A stretch of DNA of 34,444 nucleotides from Planctomycetota bacterium (lineage in GTDB: Bacteria; Planctomycetota; UBA11346). The notes below the pieces were generated by a model. It saw only the letters and a program-made list of their open reading frames with translations, searched no databases and was not told the origin of the DNA. Below are positions 8,348-18,710 of the stretch, piece by piece. Position 1 is the first letter of the stretch; each line of letters begins with the position of its first letter. The DNA lies in contig JBBQSO010000060.1 in the NCBI GenBank assembly GCA_038213805.1, positions 1-34,444 on the forward strand, given 5' to 3'. Position numbers and translations under genes: made by a program.

Positions 8348-11300
8348 ATGATCCCCCTCCAGGAATGCCGGGGGTTCGAGGCGATGGTGGTCATGCCGAT
8401 GAATGAGGTCGCCCGGCTCGCAGCGCTACGCGACCTCGTCATTCTCGACAGCGGGGCGGAGGAGGCCTTCGACGAGGTGACGCGCCTCGCCGCATTGGTC
8501 TGCGCGACGCCGATCGCGCTGATCAGCCTGGTCGACGCGCAGCGCCTGTGGTTCAAGTCCCGGGTGGGGCTGGACGCGATGGAGATGGCGCGCACGCACT
8601 CTTTCTGCGCGGCGGCGATCTGCGCGACCGAAACCCTGCTGGAGGTCGCCGACACCACGCTCGATCCTCGCTTCAGCGCACACCCCCTGGTCACCGCTGA
8701 AGTGGGCATCCGCTTCTACGCCGCGGCCGCGCTGGTCGACAGCGCGGGCCACGCCCTGGGCACGCTGTGCGTCCTCGACCGGCAGCCGCGCACCCTGGAG
8801 CCGCGCCAGCGCGAGACCCTGGTGCAGCTGGCGCGCACGGTGGTGCGGCTGCTCCACGAGCGCGCCACGTCCATGCGGCCGGGCGCGCACGCGCAAGCCG
8901 CACCGCAGAGCGCCGCGGAGGAGCGCTTCCGCGTGCTCTTCGAGTACTCCTCCGACGCGCATCTGATCTTCGACGCCGACGGCATCATCGACTGCAACCA
9001 AGCGGCCGTGGCTTTGGTCGGCTGCGCCGGCAAGAACCAGATGATCGGCCTGCATCCGGCCCGGCTGTCCCCGGAGTTCCAGCCCGACGGCCGCCGCTCG
9101 GACGAGAAGTGCATCGAGATGGATGCGCTCGCCAGACAGCATGGCCACCACCGCTTCGAGTGGGATCACCTGCGCCAGGATGGCAGCATCATTCCGGTGG
9201 AGGTGACCCTGACCCCGGTACCGCTGGCGGGGCGCACGGTGCTGCTGACGGTGTGGCACGACCTCACCCAGCGCAGGTACAACGAGGCCGTCGAGCGGCA
9301 GCGTGAGCGGCGCTGGCTGCTCGCGCTCGAGGCCAGCGGCGACGGCGTGTGGGACTGGGAGCCCGGCAGCCGGCACGTGTACTTCTCCCCGCGCTGGAAG
9401 GGCCTGCTCGGCCACGCCGTGGATGGGATCGGTGACGACTTCGACGCATGGGCGAGCCGCATCCACCCGCAGGACCAGGCCGCGGTGCACGCCGAGCTGC
9501 AGGGTCACCTGGCGGGAGCGACGACGCACTACGTCAAGGAATACCGCCTGGCCTGCCGCGACGGCAGCTGGAAATGGGTGCTGGACCGCGGCCAGATCGT
9601 CGAGCGCCACCCGGACGGGCGGCCGCGGCGCATGATCGGGACGCTCTCCGACCTCAGCGCGCGCCGACACATGGAAGATTCGCTGCAGCTCGAGCAGGAG
9701 CGCTTCCGCGCCAGCCTGGCACGCTTCGACCTGGTCGCTTCCGGAGCGGCGATGGGCATCTGGGAGACCCGCTTCACGACCGACCGCCCTTGGCAGGAGC
9801 AGTTCGGCGACCTGCAGCCGTTCTACTGGTCGCCGCGCCTGCTCGCCATCATCGGCCATGAGGACGGCGACTTCCCGGCGCGCTGGTCCGCGCTGACGGC
9901 GCTCATGCACCCCGACCATGTCGCGCTCGGCCACGCGGCATTCACCGACTGCCTGGACGCGGGCGTGCCTTGCAACGTCGAACTGCGGCTGCGCCACCGC
10001 TCGGGCAGGTACCTGTGGATCCACGCCACCGGCGAGGTGGAGCGCGATGGGGCCGGTCGTCCGCTGCGCATGGCCGGATCGCTGTCCGACATCACGGCGC
10101 GCAAACGCAACGAGGAGATGCTTGGCCAGACCCAGGTACGCCTACTTGATGCGGTCTCGGCCATCGATGCCGGATTCGTGATGTTCGACCACGATGACTG
10201 CGTGGTGATCTGCAATGCCCGCTTCATCGATCTCTACGGCCTGCCCGAATGGTGCAGCCGTCCCGGCACCCCCTACCGCCACATCCTCAAGGCGCTGATC
10301 GACCAGGGCAGCCTGCACGAGCTCGGTGACCGCCAGGAGGAATGGGTCGCCGAATGCCTGACCGCGCACCTGCGCACCGGCCACGACCGCGAAGTGCGGC
10401 TCGCCGGGCGCTGGATCCGCATCGCCGAGCGGCGCCTTGCCGACGGCGACATCGTCTCGCTGCACACCGACGTGACCACCCTCAAGGGGGCGGCCGAAGA
10501 GATGCGCCAGGCGCGCGACCTCGCCGAGCAAGCGACGCGTTCCAAGGCCGAGTTCCTCGCCACCATGAGCCACGAGATCCGCACGCCGATGAACGGTGTC
10601 ATCGGCATGACCAGCATGCTGCTCGACACCGCGCTGACCGCGCAGCAGCTCGAGTACGCCACCATCGTGCGCTCGTGCGGCGAAACCCTGGTCGCGCTGA
10701 TCAACGACATCCTGGACTTCAGCAAGATCGAAGCCGGTGCGCTGCAGCTCGAACGCATCCCCTTCGACCCGCGCAGCCTGATCGAGGACGCCCTGGCGGT
10801 GGTCGCCGGACAGGCGCACGCCAAGGGCCTGGAACTGGTCGCCATGGTCGCCCCGCAGGTGCCGGAAAGCCTGGTCGGCGATCCGGCGCGTCTGCGCCAG
10901 ATCGTGTTCAACCTGCTCAGCAACGCGATCAAGTTCACGGCCCGTGGCGAGGTGGTGCTGATGCTCGACGCCGCGCCGGCCGCCGGCGGCCGCGTCGCCA
11001 CGACGCTCACCGTGCGCGATACCGGCATCGGCATCCCCGAGGCCGCGCGTGCGCACCTCTTCCAGCCTTTCTCGCAAGCTGACAGCACGACCACACGCCG
11101 CTTCGGCGGCACCGGCCTGGGCCTGGTGATCTGCCAGCGCCTCGCCAAGTACATGGACGGCGACATCACCTTCGCGAGCGAGCCGGGGCGCGGCACCGAG
11201 TTCACCTGCCTGATGCGCTTCGCCGTCTGCGCGACCGGCGCGGTGGGAGCGCCGCCACCCGCGACCCCTGGCCTGATCGGCCGGAACGCCCTGCTCATCG

Positions 11301-12484
11301 GCGGGCATCCGCTGGCGCGCCAGTCCTTGCGTGCCCTGCTGCAGGGCTGGGGCATGGCCAGCGCGGAGCTGGCCACCTGGTCTCCGGACGCGGCTTTGTC
11401 GCCCGCCACGCCCGACGTGGTGATCATCGACCAGGAGGTGCCAGGCGGCGGCCAGGCGCTTGGCGCCACGCTGGCCGGCGATGCGCGGCTCGCCGCGGTG
11501 CCGCGCATCCTGGTCGCGCCCGCCGGCCGGCGCGGGACCATGGTCGAGTCCCGCGCCGCTGGTTTCACCGGCTTCCTTACCAAACCGTGGCGGCAGTCGC
11601 AGGTGTTCGACTGCCTGATGGCGGCGTTCGGAATCACCTGCCGCATCGGCGACCGCCAGGTCACGCGCGCGCCGGCGCCAGGCGGCGCCACGGCGACGGC
11701 TCCTGCCGCTGCGACGCGCGTGCTGATCGTCGAGGACAACGCGGTCAACCGCCAGGTGGCGACCGCCCTGCTCGGCCGGCTTGGCTGCCGCTGCGATTTC
11801 GCGTGCGACGGCGAAGAGGCGGTGGCCGCGACCGCCGCGACCGCATACGGAATCGTGTTCATGGACTGCCAGATGCCGGTGATGGACGGCTACGCCGCGA
11901 CCGCTGCGATACGCGCGCGCGAAGGCGCCGGCCCACGCGTGCGCATCGTCGCCCTCACCGCCAACGCCATGGCGGATGACCGCAAGCGCTGCCTGGACGC
12001 AGGCATGGACGATTTCGTCACCAAGCCGCTCAACGATGGCGACCTGGCAGCAGCGCTGGCGCGCGCGGCCGGTGCTGCGGTGGCGCTGCCGCCGGCCATC
12101 TCGCCCGCAGCTCCATCACCGCCCAGCCCGGTGCTGCCGACGCTCGACGGCCCCCTGCTGCTCGCCCTGCGCGCCGTGACCGGGCGACAGGCGATGCACG
12201 CGATCGTGGAGATGATGCGCGACGAGGCGCAGGCCATGCTCGGCGAGCTGCGCTGCGCCGCCGGGTCCGGCGACGCCGCGGTGCTCGCGCAGGTCGCCCA
12301 TCGCCTGCGCGGCTCATCCGGCACACTGGGCATGGCGCAGGTGAAGGCCCTCTGCCAGGACCTGGAGCAGCGCGCGCTGACGCGCCGGCTCGACGGCAGC
12401 CACGAGCTCGTCGAACGCATCGCCAGCGCCGTGACGACCGGCCTATCCGAGCTTGCGGCGCATCCGGCGATGACCGCGGACTGA
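8348..12484 (+). CDS. Cytoplasmic hybrid sensor histidine kinase GAF-PAS(x4)-HisKA-HATPase-REC(degenerate)-REC-Hpt
   Basis: GAF NEVARLAAL..WFKS..SFC; PAS/PAC repeats; [50 protein letters not shown]; Hpt AHRLRGSS. The true start may be 8384 or 8393. Confidence 0.95.
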   Translation: MIPLQECRGFEAMVVMPMNEVARLAALRDLVILDSGAEEAFDEVTRLAALVCATPIALISLVDAQRLWFKSRVGLDAMEMARTHSFCAAAICATETLLEVADTTLDPRFSAHPLVTAEVGIRFYAAAALVDSAGHALGTLCVLDRQPRTLEPRQRETLVQLARTVVRLLHERATSMRPGAHAQAAPQSAAEERFRVLFEYSSDAHLIFDADGIIDCNQAAVALVGCAGKNQMIGLHPARLSPEFQPDGRRSDEKCIEMDALARQHGHHRFEWDHLRQDGSIIPVEVTLTPVPLAGRTVLLTVWHDLTQRRYNEAVERQRERRWLLALEASGDGVWDWEPGSRHVYFSPRWKGLLGHAVDGIGDDFDAWASRIHPQDQAAVHAELQGHLAGATTHYVKEYRLACRDGSWKWVLDRGQIVERHPDGRPRRMIGTLSDLSARRHMEDSLQLEQERFRASLARFDLVASGAAMGIWETRFTTDRPWQEQFGDLQPFYWSPRLLAIIGHEDGDFPARWSALTALMHPDHVALGHAAFTDCLDAGVPCNVELRLRHRSGRYLWIHATGEVERDGAGRPLRMAGSLSDITARKRNEEMLGQTQVRLLDAVSAIDAGFVMFDHDDCVVICNARFIDLYGLPEWCSRPGTPYRHILKALIDQGSLHELGDRQEEWVAECLTAHLRTGHDREVRLAGRWIRIAERRLADGDIVSLHTDVTTLKGAAEEMRQARDLAEQATRSKAEFLATMSHEIRTPMNGVIGMTSMLLDTALTAQQLEYATIVRSCGETLVALINDILDFSKIEAGALQLERIPFDPRSLIEDALAVVAGQAHAKGLELVAMVAPQVPESLVGDPARLRQIVFNLLSNAIKFTARGEVVLMLDAAPAAGGRVATTLTVRDTGIGIPEAARAHLFQPFSQADSTTTRRFGGTGLGLVICQRLAKYMDGDITFASEPGRGTEFTCLMRFAVCATGAVGAPPPATPGLIGRNALLIGGHPLARQSLRALLQGWGMASAELATWSPDAALSPATPDVVIIDQEVPGGGQALGATLAGDARLAAVPRILVAPAGRRGTMVESRAAGFTGFLTKPWRQSQVFDCLMAAFGITCRIGDRQVTRAPAPGGATATAPAAATRVLIVEDNAVNRQVATALLGRLGCRCDFACDGEEAVAATAATAYGIVFMDCQMPVMDGYAATAAIRAREGAGPRVRIVALTANAMADDRKRCLDAGMDDFVTKPLNDGDLAAALARAAGAAVALPPAISPAAPSPPSPVLPTLDGPLLLALRAVTGRQAMHAIVEMMRDEAQAMLGELRCAAGSGDAAVLAQVAHRLRGSSGTLGMAQVKALCQDLEQRALTRRLDGSHELVERIASAVTTGLSELAAHPAMTAD

Positions 12485-12506
12485 AGACCAGGCGCCAGTC
12501 CCCGAT

Positions 12507-12535
12507 TGGACAGGCGGCGTGGCGCGTGGCATACT
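12507..12535 (+). promoter_or_regulatory. Putative sigma70 promoter of the CheY-like gene
   Basis: TGGACA-N17-CATACT with a TGn extension. Confidence 0.45.
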
Positions 12536-12575
12536 GAAAGCTTGGCGGCCTTCTCCATCTGCACTGGATAGCATC

Positions 12576-12974
12576 ATGCGTACCCTCATCGTCGATGATG
12601 ACCCGGTCTGCCGGGCCGTTCTCCAGCATGCGCTTATGGCTCATGGACCCACCTCATTCGCCAGTGACGGGGTGGAGGCGATCGCCGCGGTCGCTGCGCA
12701 GCTCGCCAAGGGCGAGCCCTTCGACCTGGTGACCCTCGACATCATGATGCCGGGCATGGATGGGCACCAGACCCTCAAGGCGATCCGCCGCCTCGAGGAG
12801 CTGTTCAAGGCCGGGCACGGTATGAAAATCGCGGTGACCAGCGCCATGGGGGACAAGGATTCGATCTTCGCCTCATTCCGCGAGCAGGCCGACCTCTACT
12901 TCGTGAAGCCCATCCGCCTCGACCAGTTGATGGACGAGCTGCGCACGCATCAGCTGATCTCCGTACGGGCCTGA
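12576..12974 (+). CDS. Single-domain CheY-like response regulator
   Basis: MRTLIVDDD, FDLVTLDIMMPGMDG, VTSA, YFVKP; no output domain. Confidence 0.93.
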   Translation: MRTLIVDDDPVCRAVLQHALMAHGPTSFASDGVEAIAAVAAQLAKGEPFDLVTLDIMMPGMDGHQTLKAIRRLEELFKAGHGMKIAVTSAMGDKDSIFASFREQADLYFVKPIRLDQLMDELRTHQLISVRA

Positions 12975-13041
12975 CTCGATTTCTCAGGCGGTTCCCGAGG
13001 GAACGCCAGGGCAACCTTCCACACGCTGAAGGGCCCGTTAC

Positions 13042-13070
13042 TTGGGGACTGGTCAGGGCGCGGGTATAGT
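13042..13070 (+). promoter_or_regulatory. Putative sigma70 promoter of the lipoprotein gene
   Basis: TTGGGG-N17-TATAGT, followed by a GGAG RBS. Confidence 0.4.
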
Positions 13071-13096
13071 GATCCACCCCACTCTTGGAGCCTGTC

Positions 13097-14257
13097 ATGC
13101 GCCTCTCGCCCCTGCTTGCATCCCTCACTCTGGCCATCGCGACAGCGGTGATCGGCTGCAGCAGCCCGTTCTCGTCGTCGTCCGGCTCCAGCGCGGTGGC
13201 CGCCATCACCACCCACAACTACACCGGCACGGCGAGCGTCGGCGACTTCATCAGCATGACGCTTGATAGCAGTGCGCATACCTTCAGCTACGTCAACCAC
13301 AGCAACGGCTTGAGCGGCGGGGGCACCTTCACCGTGAACGTCGATGGCAGCTACGCCATGACTGACAGCTCGAGCTGCTTCACCGACGCCTACGAGGTCC
13401 CCGGCTTCGCGCTGGTGCTGCGCGGCACCCGGACCGGCCCGACGCAGGACACGGTGTCCCTGGTCACGGCCCTGCAGTCCCAGGTCAACACCGTCGCCGG
13501 GGTGGCCAACCGCGACTTCAACTACATGCAGTTCCGCACCAACTCCGGCGGCGTCGAGGTCGGCTTCGTCGGCATGGGTCCCGCGGCCGAGATAACCACT
13601 GCGAGCTACTGGCCATACGGCGCCACCCAGCTTGTCCCGGAGGCCTTCCACCCGGCCAGCACCTTTCCCGGCTCGCCGGTCGAGGACACCGCCACCGGCG
13701 CGCTCAAGCTGACCACCGTCGACAGCGGCATCAGTTCCGACAACTTCATATTTGCCACCAGCAGCGGGCTGCTCGCGGTGGACACCGGCAACGGCAGCCT
13801 GGTGTGCTTCCGCCAAGCCGCGAGCACCGCCTTCGTTCCCAGCGTCGCCGGTACCTACCGGGCGTTGGCCTTCGCCAAGAACGGTGCGGACACCGGCAGC
13901 GGCAACACCGAGACGCCGGCGGTGGGCACGGTCGCGAAGCTCAGCATCAGCCTTGACGCGAGCGGCCTGATCTCGGTCACCGACGCCGGAAGCACGGTGC
14001 TCGCCAGCGGTACCATCGCGCCATTCGACAGCACCCTGACCACCGGTATCGGCAATGCCTGCCCGGGCATGTTCCACCTGACCATCCCGCGCATCGCCGC
14101 CGACGGCGTGACCGCGGTCAACCAGGAGCTGTTCCTGACCTTCGTCGGCGATGCGCTGATGTTCTCGTCCTTCCAGCCCGACCCCAGCCTCGGAAGCATG
14201 CGCACCTATGATTACTTCTACGGTGTGGCGCTGAAGCAGAACGCCAGCAACGGCTGA
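13097..14257 (+). CDS. Beta-rich lipoprotein of unknown function (386 aa)
   Basis: GGAG RBS; signal peptide II MRLSPLLASLTLAIATAVIG-C; Ser linker; Thr/Gly/aromatic beta-strand pattern. Confidence 0.8.
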   Translation: MRLSPLLASLTLAIATAVIGCSSPFSSSSGSSAVAAITTHNYTGTASVGDFISMTLDSSAHTFSYVNHSNGLSGGGTFTVNVDGSYAMTDSSSCFTDAYEVPGFALVLRGTRTGPTQDTVSLVTALQSQVNTVAGVANRDFNYMQFRTNSGGVEVGFVGMGPAAEITTASYWPYGATQLVPEAFHPASTFPGSPVEDTATGALKLTTVDSGISSDNFIFATSSGLLAVDTGNGSLVCFRQAASTAFVPSVAGTYRALAFAKNGADTGSGNTETPAVGTVAKLSISLDASGLISVTDAGSTVLASGTIAPFDSTLTTGIGNACPGMFHLTIPRIAADGVTAVNQELFLTFVGDALMFSSFQPDPSLGSMRTYDYFYGVALKQNASNG

Positions 14258-14329
14258 GCCGTCAGGGACCGGTCCCGCCAACGCCGTGGACGGAGGCGGG
14301 GCGGTAGCGCCCCTCACCCAGCGCCGGGA

Positions 14330-15448
14330 TCACGCGTCCGCGATCGGCAGGGTGAACGAGAAGCAGGCCCCCTTGTCCGCCTCCGCTTCCGCCCAGATGC
14401 GCCCACCGTGGCGATGCACGATGCGTTGCGCGATCGACAGGCCGAGGCCGTTGCCCTCGAACTCATCCTCGCGGTGCAGGCGCTGGAAGACCCCAAACAG
14501 GCGGTCGGCATGGGCCATGGCGAAGCCGACCCCGTTGTCGCGCACGTGGTATACGACCTCGCGGTCGACGATACGGGATCCGACCTCGAGCTCTGGACGC
14601 GCGCGGGTACGGGTGTACTTGAAGGCATTGGCCATCAGGTTGAAGAATACCTGCCGGAGCAGTACAGGATCGCCCAGGCACGGGTGGAGGGCGCCCATCG
14701 TGATGTCGACGGCAGTGCCCGTCTGCGCGGCCTGCAGGTCCGCAACCACGCCGAGCACCAGGCCGGCGACCTCGACGCGTTGGGGGACCGCCGGCTGCTG
14801 ACCGAGGCGCGCAAAGCGCAGCAGCCCGGCGATCAGCTCTTCCATGGTGTTGACGTTGCGGATCACGCGCTCGAACAGGTCCTTGGCCTCGGCGGGGAAC
14901 CGCGTGCCGTGCTCGTCGATCAGGATGCCCACGAACCCGCCGATGGCGCGCAGCGGGGCGCGCAGGTCGTGGGAGACCGACGCGGCGAAGGATTCGAGCC
15001 CCTGGTTGATCATCAGCAGTTCCGCGCTGCGCTCGCGCAGGCCTTCCTCGAGCGCCGCGTTCTGTTGGCGCAGGGTGCGCATCATCACGGCACGCGAGAG
15101 CACGTGCAGCAGTTCGGCGCGCCTGAACGGCTTGAGCACGTAGTCGAGTGCACCGACCTGCATCGCCTCGACCGCGGTGGAGATCGAGCCCGCGCCGGTC
15201 ATGATCACCCCGACCATCGCCGGATCGATGCGCGCAGCGCTGCGCAGCAGGTCGATGCCGCCGATGCCGGGCATCTGCAGGTCCGCGAGCAGCACATCGA
15301 AGCGCGTGGTCTCAAGCGCCGCGAGCGCGGCGGCGCCGCGGGTGAACCCGGTGGCTGCGTAGCCGCTGGCGTCCAGCGTCTGGCACAACGCCTCGAGATG
15401 CGGCTGCTCGTCGTCGACGACGAGGATGGGAATCGGTGACGGGGGCAT
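14330..15448 (-). CDS. Receiver-histidine kinase hybrid (REC-HisKA-HATPase)
   Basis: ILVVDDE, LLADLQMPG, DYVLKP; SVSHDLRAPLR; NLMANAFKY; DNGVGF; FQRLH..EFEGNGLGL. Confidence 0.95.
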   Translation of the reverse strand: MPPSPIPILVVDDEQPHLEALCQTLDASGYAATGFTRGAAALAALETTRFDVLLADLQMPGIGGIDLLRSAARIDPAMVGVIMTGAGSISTAVEAMQVGALDYVLKPFRRAELLHVLSRAVMMRTLRQQNAALEEGLRERSAELLMINQGLESFAASVSHDLRAPLRAIGGFVGILIDEHGTRFPAEAKDLFERVIRNVNTMEELIAGLLRFARLGQQPAVPQRVEVAGLVLGVVADLQAAQTGTAVDITMGALHPCLGDPVLLRQVFFNLMANAFKYTRTRARPELEVGSRIVDREVVYHVRDNGVGFAMAHADRLFGVFQRLHREDEFEGNGLGLSIAQRIVHRHGGRIWAEAEADKGACFSFTLPIADA

Positions 15449-15461
15449 GCAGCGGGCCGCG

Positions 15462-18422
15462 TCAGGGTCGCGTGGGCGGAAGGAGGCGGGCGAGCGCCGC
15501 GCGCAGCTCGTGCAGCTTCGGCGGCTTGCTCAGGAGGCTGTCGACGTGGCGCGGCACCTCGGCTTCGCCGGCCAGCCGCCGGCCCCAGCCGGTCAGCAGG
15601 ATGACCGGGGTGCCCGGTGAGAGCGCCTTGACCGCGGCCGCGACCTCGCGGCCGTCGACGTGCGGCATGCCGAGATCGGTGAAGACCGCGGCGAAGGCCC
15701 CGGGCGAACCGAGGGCGGCGCCGAAGGCCGCGATGCCGGCGCGGCCGTGGTCGGCCGTGACCACCTCGTGGCCGTCGCCGGAGAGGGCCTCGCGCAGTGA
15801 GGCGAGCAGCAACGGATCGTCGTCGATGACCAGCAGGCGCAGCGGACCGGGCGGCAGGGCAGCGAGCACGCTGCGCTCGGCCGCGACCGCCGCTGCGGGC
15901 ATCGGGAAAGCCAGGCGCACGGTGGTGCCCTGACCCGGCGTGCTGGCGATGGCGAGCAGCGCATGGTGGCGCTGCGCGATGCCGTAGACCATGGCCAGGC
16001 CGAGGCCGCTGCCGCGCTCGCCCTTGGTGGTGAAGAACGGCTCCAGGCAGCGGCGACGGGTCTCCTCGTCCATGCCCTGCCCGGTGTCCGCGACCGCGAC
16101 CTGCACCGTCGCCGCACCGCCAGCCTCGGTCGCGATAGCGGTCGTGACGGTCACCACACCGCCGGCGGGCATGGCATCGACCGCGTTGAAGATCAGGTTG
16201 ACCAGCGCCTCGCGGATCTCGCTGGCGACGCCCAGCACCGCCGGCAGCCCTGGGGCGAGCTGGGATTCCACGCGCACCACCACACCGCGCTGCTGCGGCA
16301 TGTCGCTCCAGCGCGCGCGCGTCAGGTCGAGCACCTGCGGGACCAGCTCGTTGAGGTCGAGCGGCACCAGCGTGGTCTGGTCATCGCCCTGGCGGAAGAA
16401 CTCCCCAAGGCGCGCGACGGTGTGCGCCACATCGCCGAGCGAGCGCTCGATGACCTGCAGGCTCCGGCGCCCCTTCTCGCTGAGACCCGGCTCCTGCTCC
16501 AGCAGCATGTCGGTGTAGAGCATGGTCGGCGAGATCGCATTGTTGATGTCGTGCGCGATGCCGCTGGCCATCTGACCAAGCGCGCGCAGCCGCTCCTGCT
16601 GCAGTACCGCCTGCTGGGTCTGGCGCAGGTCGTCATAGGACTTCTGCAGCGCCGTGTGCATCTGGTTCTGGTGCGCGGCGAGCGCGACGTGCTCGCTGAC
16701 CTGCTTGAGGAATTCGCATTCGCCGCTGCTGAAGCTGCCGGCCGCGGACCGCGCGGTTATCAGCGCCCCGAAGACGGCGCCATCGACGATCAGCGGTGCG
16801 GCGACGAAGGCCCGCAACCCGCCGCTGAGGAGGCGGCGCGGGAAGGGGAAGTCGACCTGCTCGAGGTCGCCCTCGTAGACCACGCTGCCAGCCACGCACA
16901 GCGACAGACCGTTCTGGTCGATCGGGATGGTCGCTCGCACCGGCATGGTCAAGGTCGCGGCGAGGCCTTCGCTCAGCACCCCGACGTTGGTCACGGTCAG
17001 GGCGTGCGCCGCCGGGTCGAACCGGCACATGCAGCAGAAATCGACGGGCAGCCGCTCTTCGAGGCAGCGCAGCACCACCTGGAAGATGCTGTCCAGGTCC
17101 TGGCGCTCGGCGACGGCGCGGGTGATGCGGTTGAGCAGGTCCAGGCGGGCGAGCTGGGCCTGGACGCGCGCCTCGGCCTGGTGCCGGGCAGAGATGTCGC
17201 GCACGATCTTCGAGGCGCCGACGATGGCGCCCCGTTCATCGCGGATCGGTGAGATGGTGATCGACACCGGGATGGCGCGACCGTCCTGGCGCACGCGCTC
17301 GGTCTCGAAGTGGTCGAGGCGCTCGCCGCGCGCGATGCGCGCAAGGATGTGCGGCTCCTCCCCGGCCCGTTCCGGTGGAATGAGGGTGAGGATCGGCCGA
17401 CCGACGATGTCCGCGGCCGCGTACCCGAACAGCACCTCCGCACCGCGGTTCCAGCTGGTGATGACGCCGGACAGGTCCTTGCTGATGATGGCGTCGTCGG
17501 AAGACTCGACGATCGCGACCAGGTGCCGCCGGGCCTCGTCTGCCTTGCGGCGGTCGCCGAGGTCCAAGGCGAATGCCACCCCACTGGTGCGCGTGGCATC
17601 GAGTGTCGCCGCGCCGAGCAGGACCGGCACGCGCGTGCCATCCGTGCGCTGGTACTCCTTCTCGAACGGCGTGCAGACCCCGTCACGGTGCAGTTCGCCG
17701 AGTGCGTGCGCTTCCGCCGCCGTCCACTCGGATGGGCTGAGGGCACAGCGCGCGAGGGTACCGGCACGCAGCTCGTCGCGGGTGTGGCCGACCAGCTCAA
17801 GGAACCGCTGATTGGCGTCGGTGATGTCGCCGGCCGCGTTCCAGAACAGAATGCCGAGCATGTTCGAATCGACCACGCTTTTGAAGCGCGCCTCGCTGCG
17901 CGCCAGGGCCTCGACCGCGCGCGTCCGCTCCGCGACCTCCGCGTGCAGGGCGGCGTTGGCCGCCTCCAGCTCGGCGGTGCGCGCGCGCACCCGCTGCTCG
18001 AGCTCCCCCTGGTTGGCGCGCAGCGCCGCCTCGGCGCTCTGCAGCTCGCTGATCAGGGGCACGGCGAGGATCTGCGGGATGAGTCGCACGAGCAGGATGG
18101 CGGTGGCGATCGAGGCGATGGCGGTCACCGCCTTCACGGTCCCGCCCAGCCAGTAGAGCGGCAGCCACACCGCGATGACGTCCAGGAGGTGGGTCAGCCC
18201 GCAGGCGACGATGAAGGCCGCAAAACAGAAGAACACCGGCCCGAAGGGCACCCCTTTCCGCTTCCTGATGATATGGATGAGGATGACCGGGATCGACACG
18301 TAGGCGGCGAAGATCAGCGCATCGCTGACGACATTCAGCCACAGCACGCCTGGGTCCCAGCTGTAGCAATGGCCGTGCGGCATGAAGCCGTCACCCGAGA
18401 ACAGGCGCTCGAACCAGGTCAT
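15462..18422 (-). CDS. Ethylene-receptor-like hybrid histidine kinase (ETR1-type 3-TM domain-PAS-PAS-GAF-HisKA-HATPase-REC)
   Basis: N-terminal [33 protein letters not shown]; two [41 protein letters not shown]-terminal receiver IDDD..TDLGMP..KP. Confidence 0.92.
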   Translation of the reverse strand: MTWFERLFSGDGFMPHGHCYSWDPGVLWLNVVSDALIFAAYVSIPVILIHIIRKRKGVPFGPVFFCFAAFIVACGLTHLLDVIAVWLPLYWLGGTVKAVTAIASIATAILLVRLIPQILAVPLISELQSAEAALRANQGELEQRVRARTAELEAANAALHAEVAERTRAVEALARSEARFKSVVDSNMLGILFWNAAGDITDANQRFLELVGHTRDELRAGTLARCALSPSEWTAAEAHALGELHRDGVCTPFEKEYQRTDGTRVPVLLGAATLDATRTSGVAFALDLGDRRKADEARRHLVAIVESSDDAIISKDLSGVITSWNRGAEVLFGYAAADIVGRPILTLIPPERAGEEPHILARIARGERLDHFETERVRQDGRAIPVSITISPIRDERGAIVGASKIVRDISARHQAEARVQAQLARLDLLNRITRAVAERQDLDSIFQVVLRCLEERLPVDFCCMCRFDPAAHALTVTNVGVLSEGLAATLTMPVRATIPIDQNGLSLCVAGSVVYEGDLEQVDFPFPRRLLSGGLRAFVAAPLIVDGAVFGALITARSAAGSFSSGECEFLKQVSEHVALAAHQNQMHTALQKSYDDLRQTQQAVLQQERLRALGQMASGIAHDINNAISPTMLYTDMLLEQEPGLSEKGRRSLQVIERSLGDVAHTVARLGEFFRQGDDQTTLVPLDLNELVPQVLDLTRARWSDMPQQRGVVVRVESQLAPGLPAVLGVASEIREALVNLIFNAVDAMPAGGVVTVTTAIATEAGGAATVQVAVADTGQGMDEETRRRCLEPFFTTKGERGSGLGLAMVYGIAQRHHALLAIASTPGQGTTVRLAFPMPAAAVAAERSVLAALPPGPLRLLVIDDDPLLLASLREALSGDGHEVVTADHGRAGIAAFGAALGSPGAFAAVFTDLGMPHVDGREVAAAVKALSPGTPVILLTGWGRRLAGEAEVPRHVDSLLSKPPKLHELRAALARLLPPTRP

Positions 18423-18467
18423 TGGGATCTTCTTCCGCTAGGTTGCGCGCCGCCAGCCATGCGGCGC

Positions 18468-18495
18468 AGCGTGCCGAGCGGGTGTTCCATGTCAA
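18468..18495 (-). promoter_or_regulatory. Putative sigma70 promoter of the ethylene-receptor-like operon
   Basis: Minus strand TTGACA (18495-18490)-N16-CACGCT (18473-18468). Confidence 0.4.
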
Positions 18496-18710
18496 AGCGG
18501 ACGCGCGCCGCGCCCGCCCCGGCGGCCGGCTGGGCCGTGCCAAGCGCGCGCGGTCGGGCGTGCGGGTGCGCGGGGCCTCCAGCGCACCCGCACGCGGCAG
18601 GATGGATTTGGCACTGCGGTCGGCGCCGCCACAGTGCCCTCCGCGCCCCAGCGCCCGCCATCCGGCCACCCCGGACGCGTCCAGCGACCGTCCGAGGAGA
18701 CCATCCCGCC

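Noticed and set aside
12988..13012. GC hairpin after the CheY-like gene as an intrinsic terminator
   Set aside because: Imperfect stem and no U-tract.
16660..17140. GAF of the ethylene-type kinase as a cyanobacteriochrome/phytochrome (as in Slr1212)
   Set aside because: No CH bilin-attachment, DXCF or DIP motif is visible.
17310..18710. N-terminal extension of the 801-aa ORF containing ldhA
   Set aside because: It is the antisense shadow of the kinase gene; the real start is the ATG at 18711 with a GAGGAG RBS.
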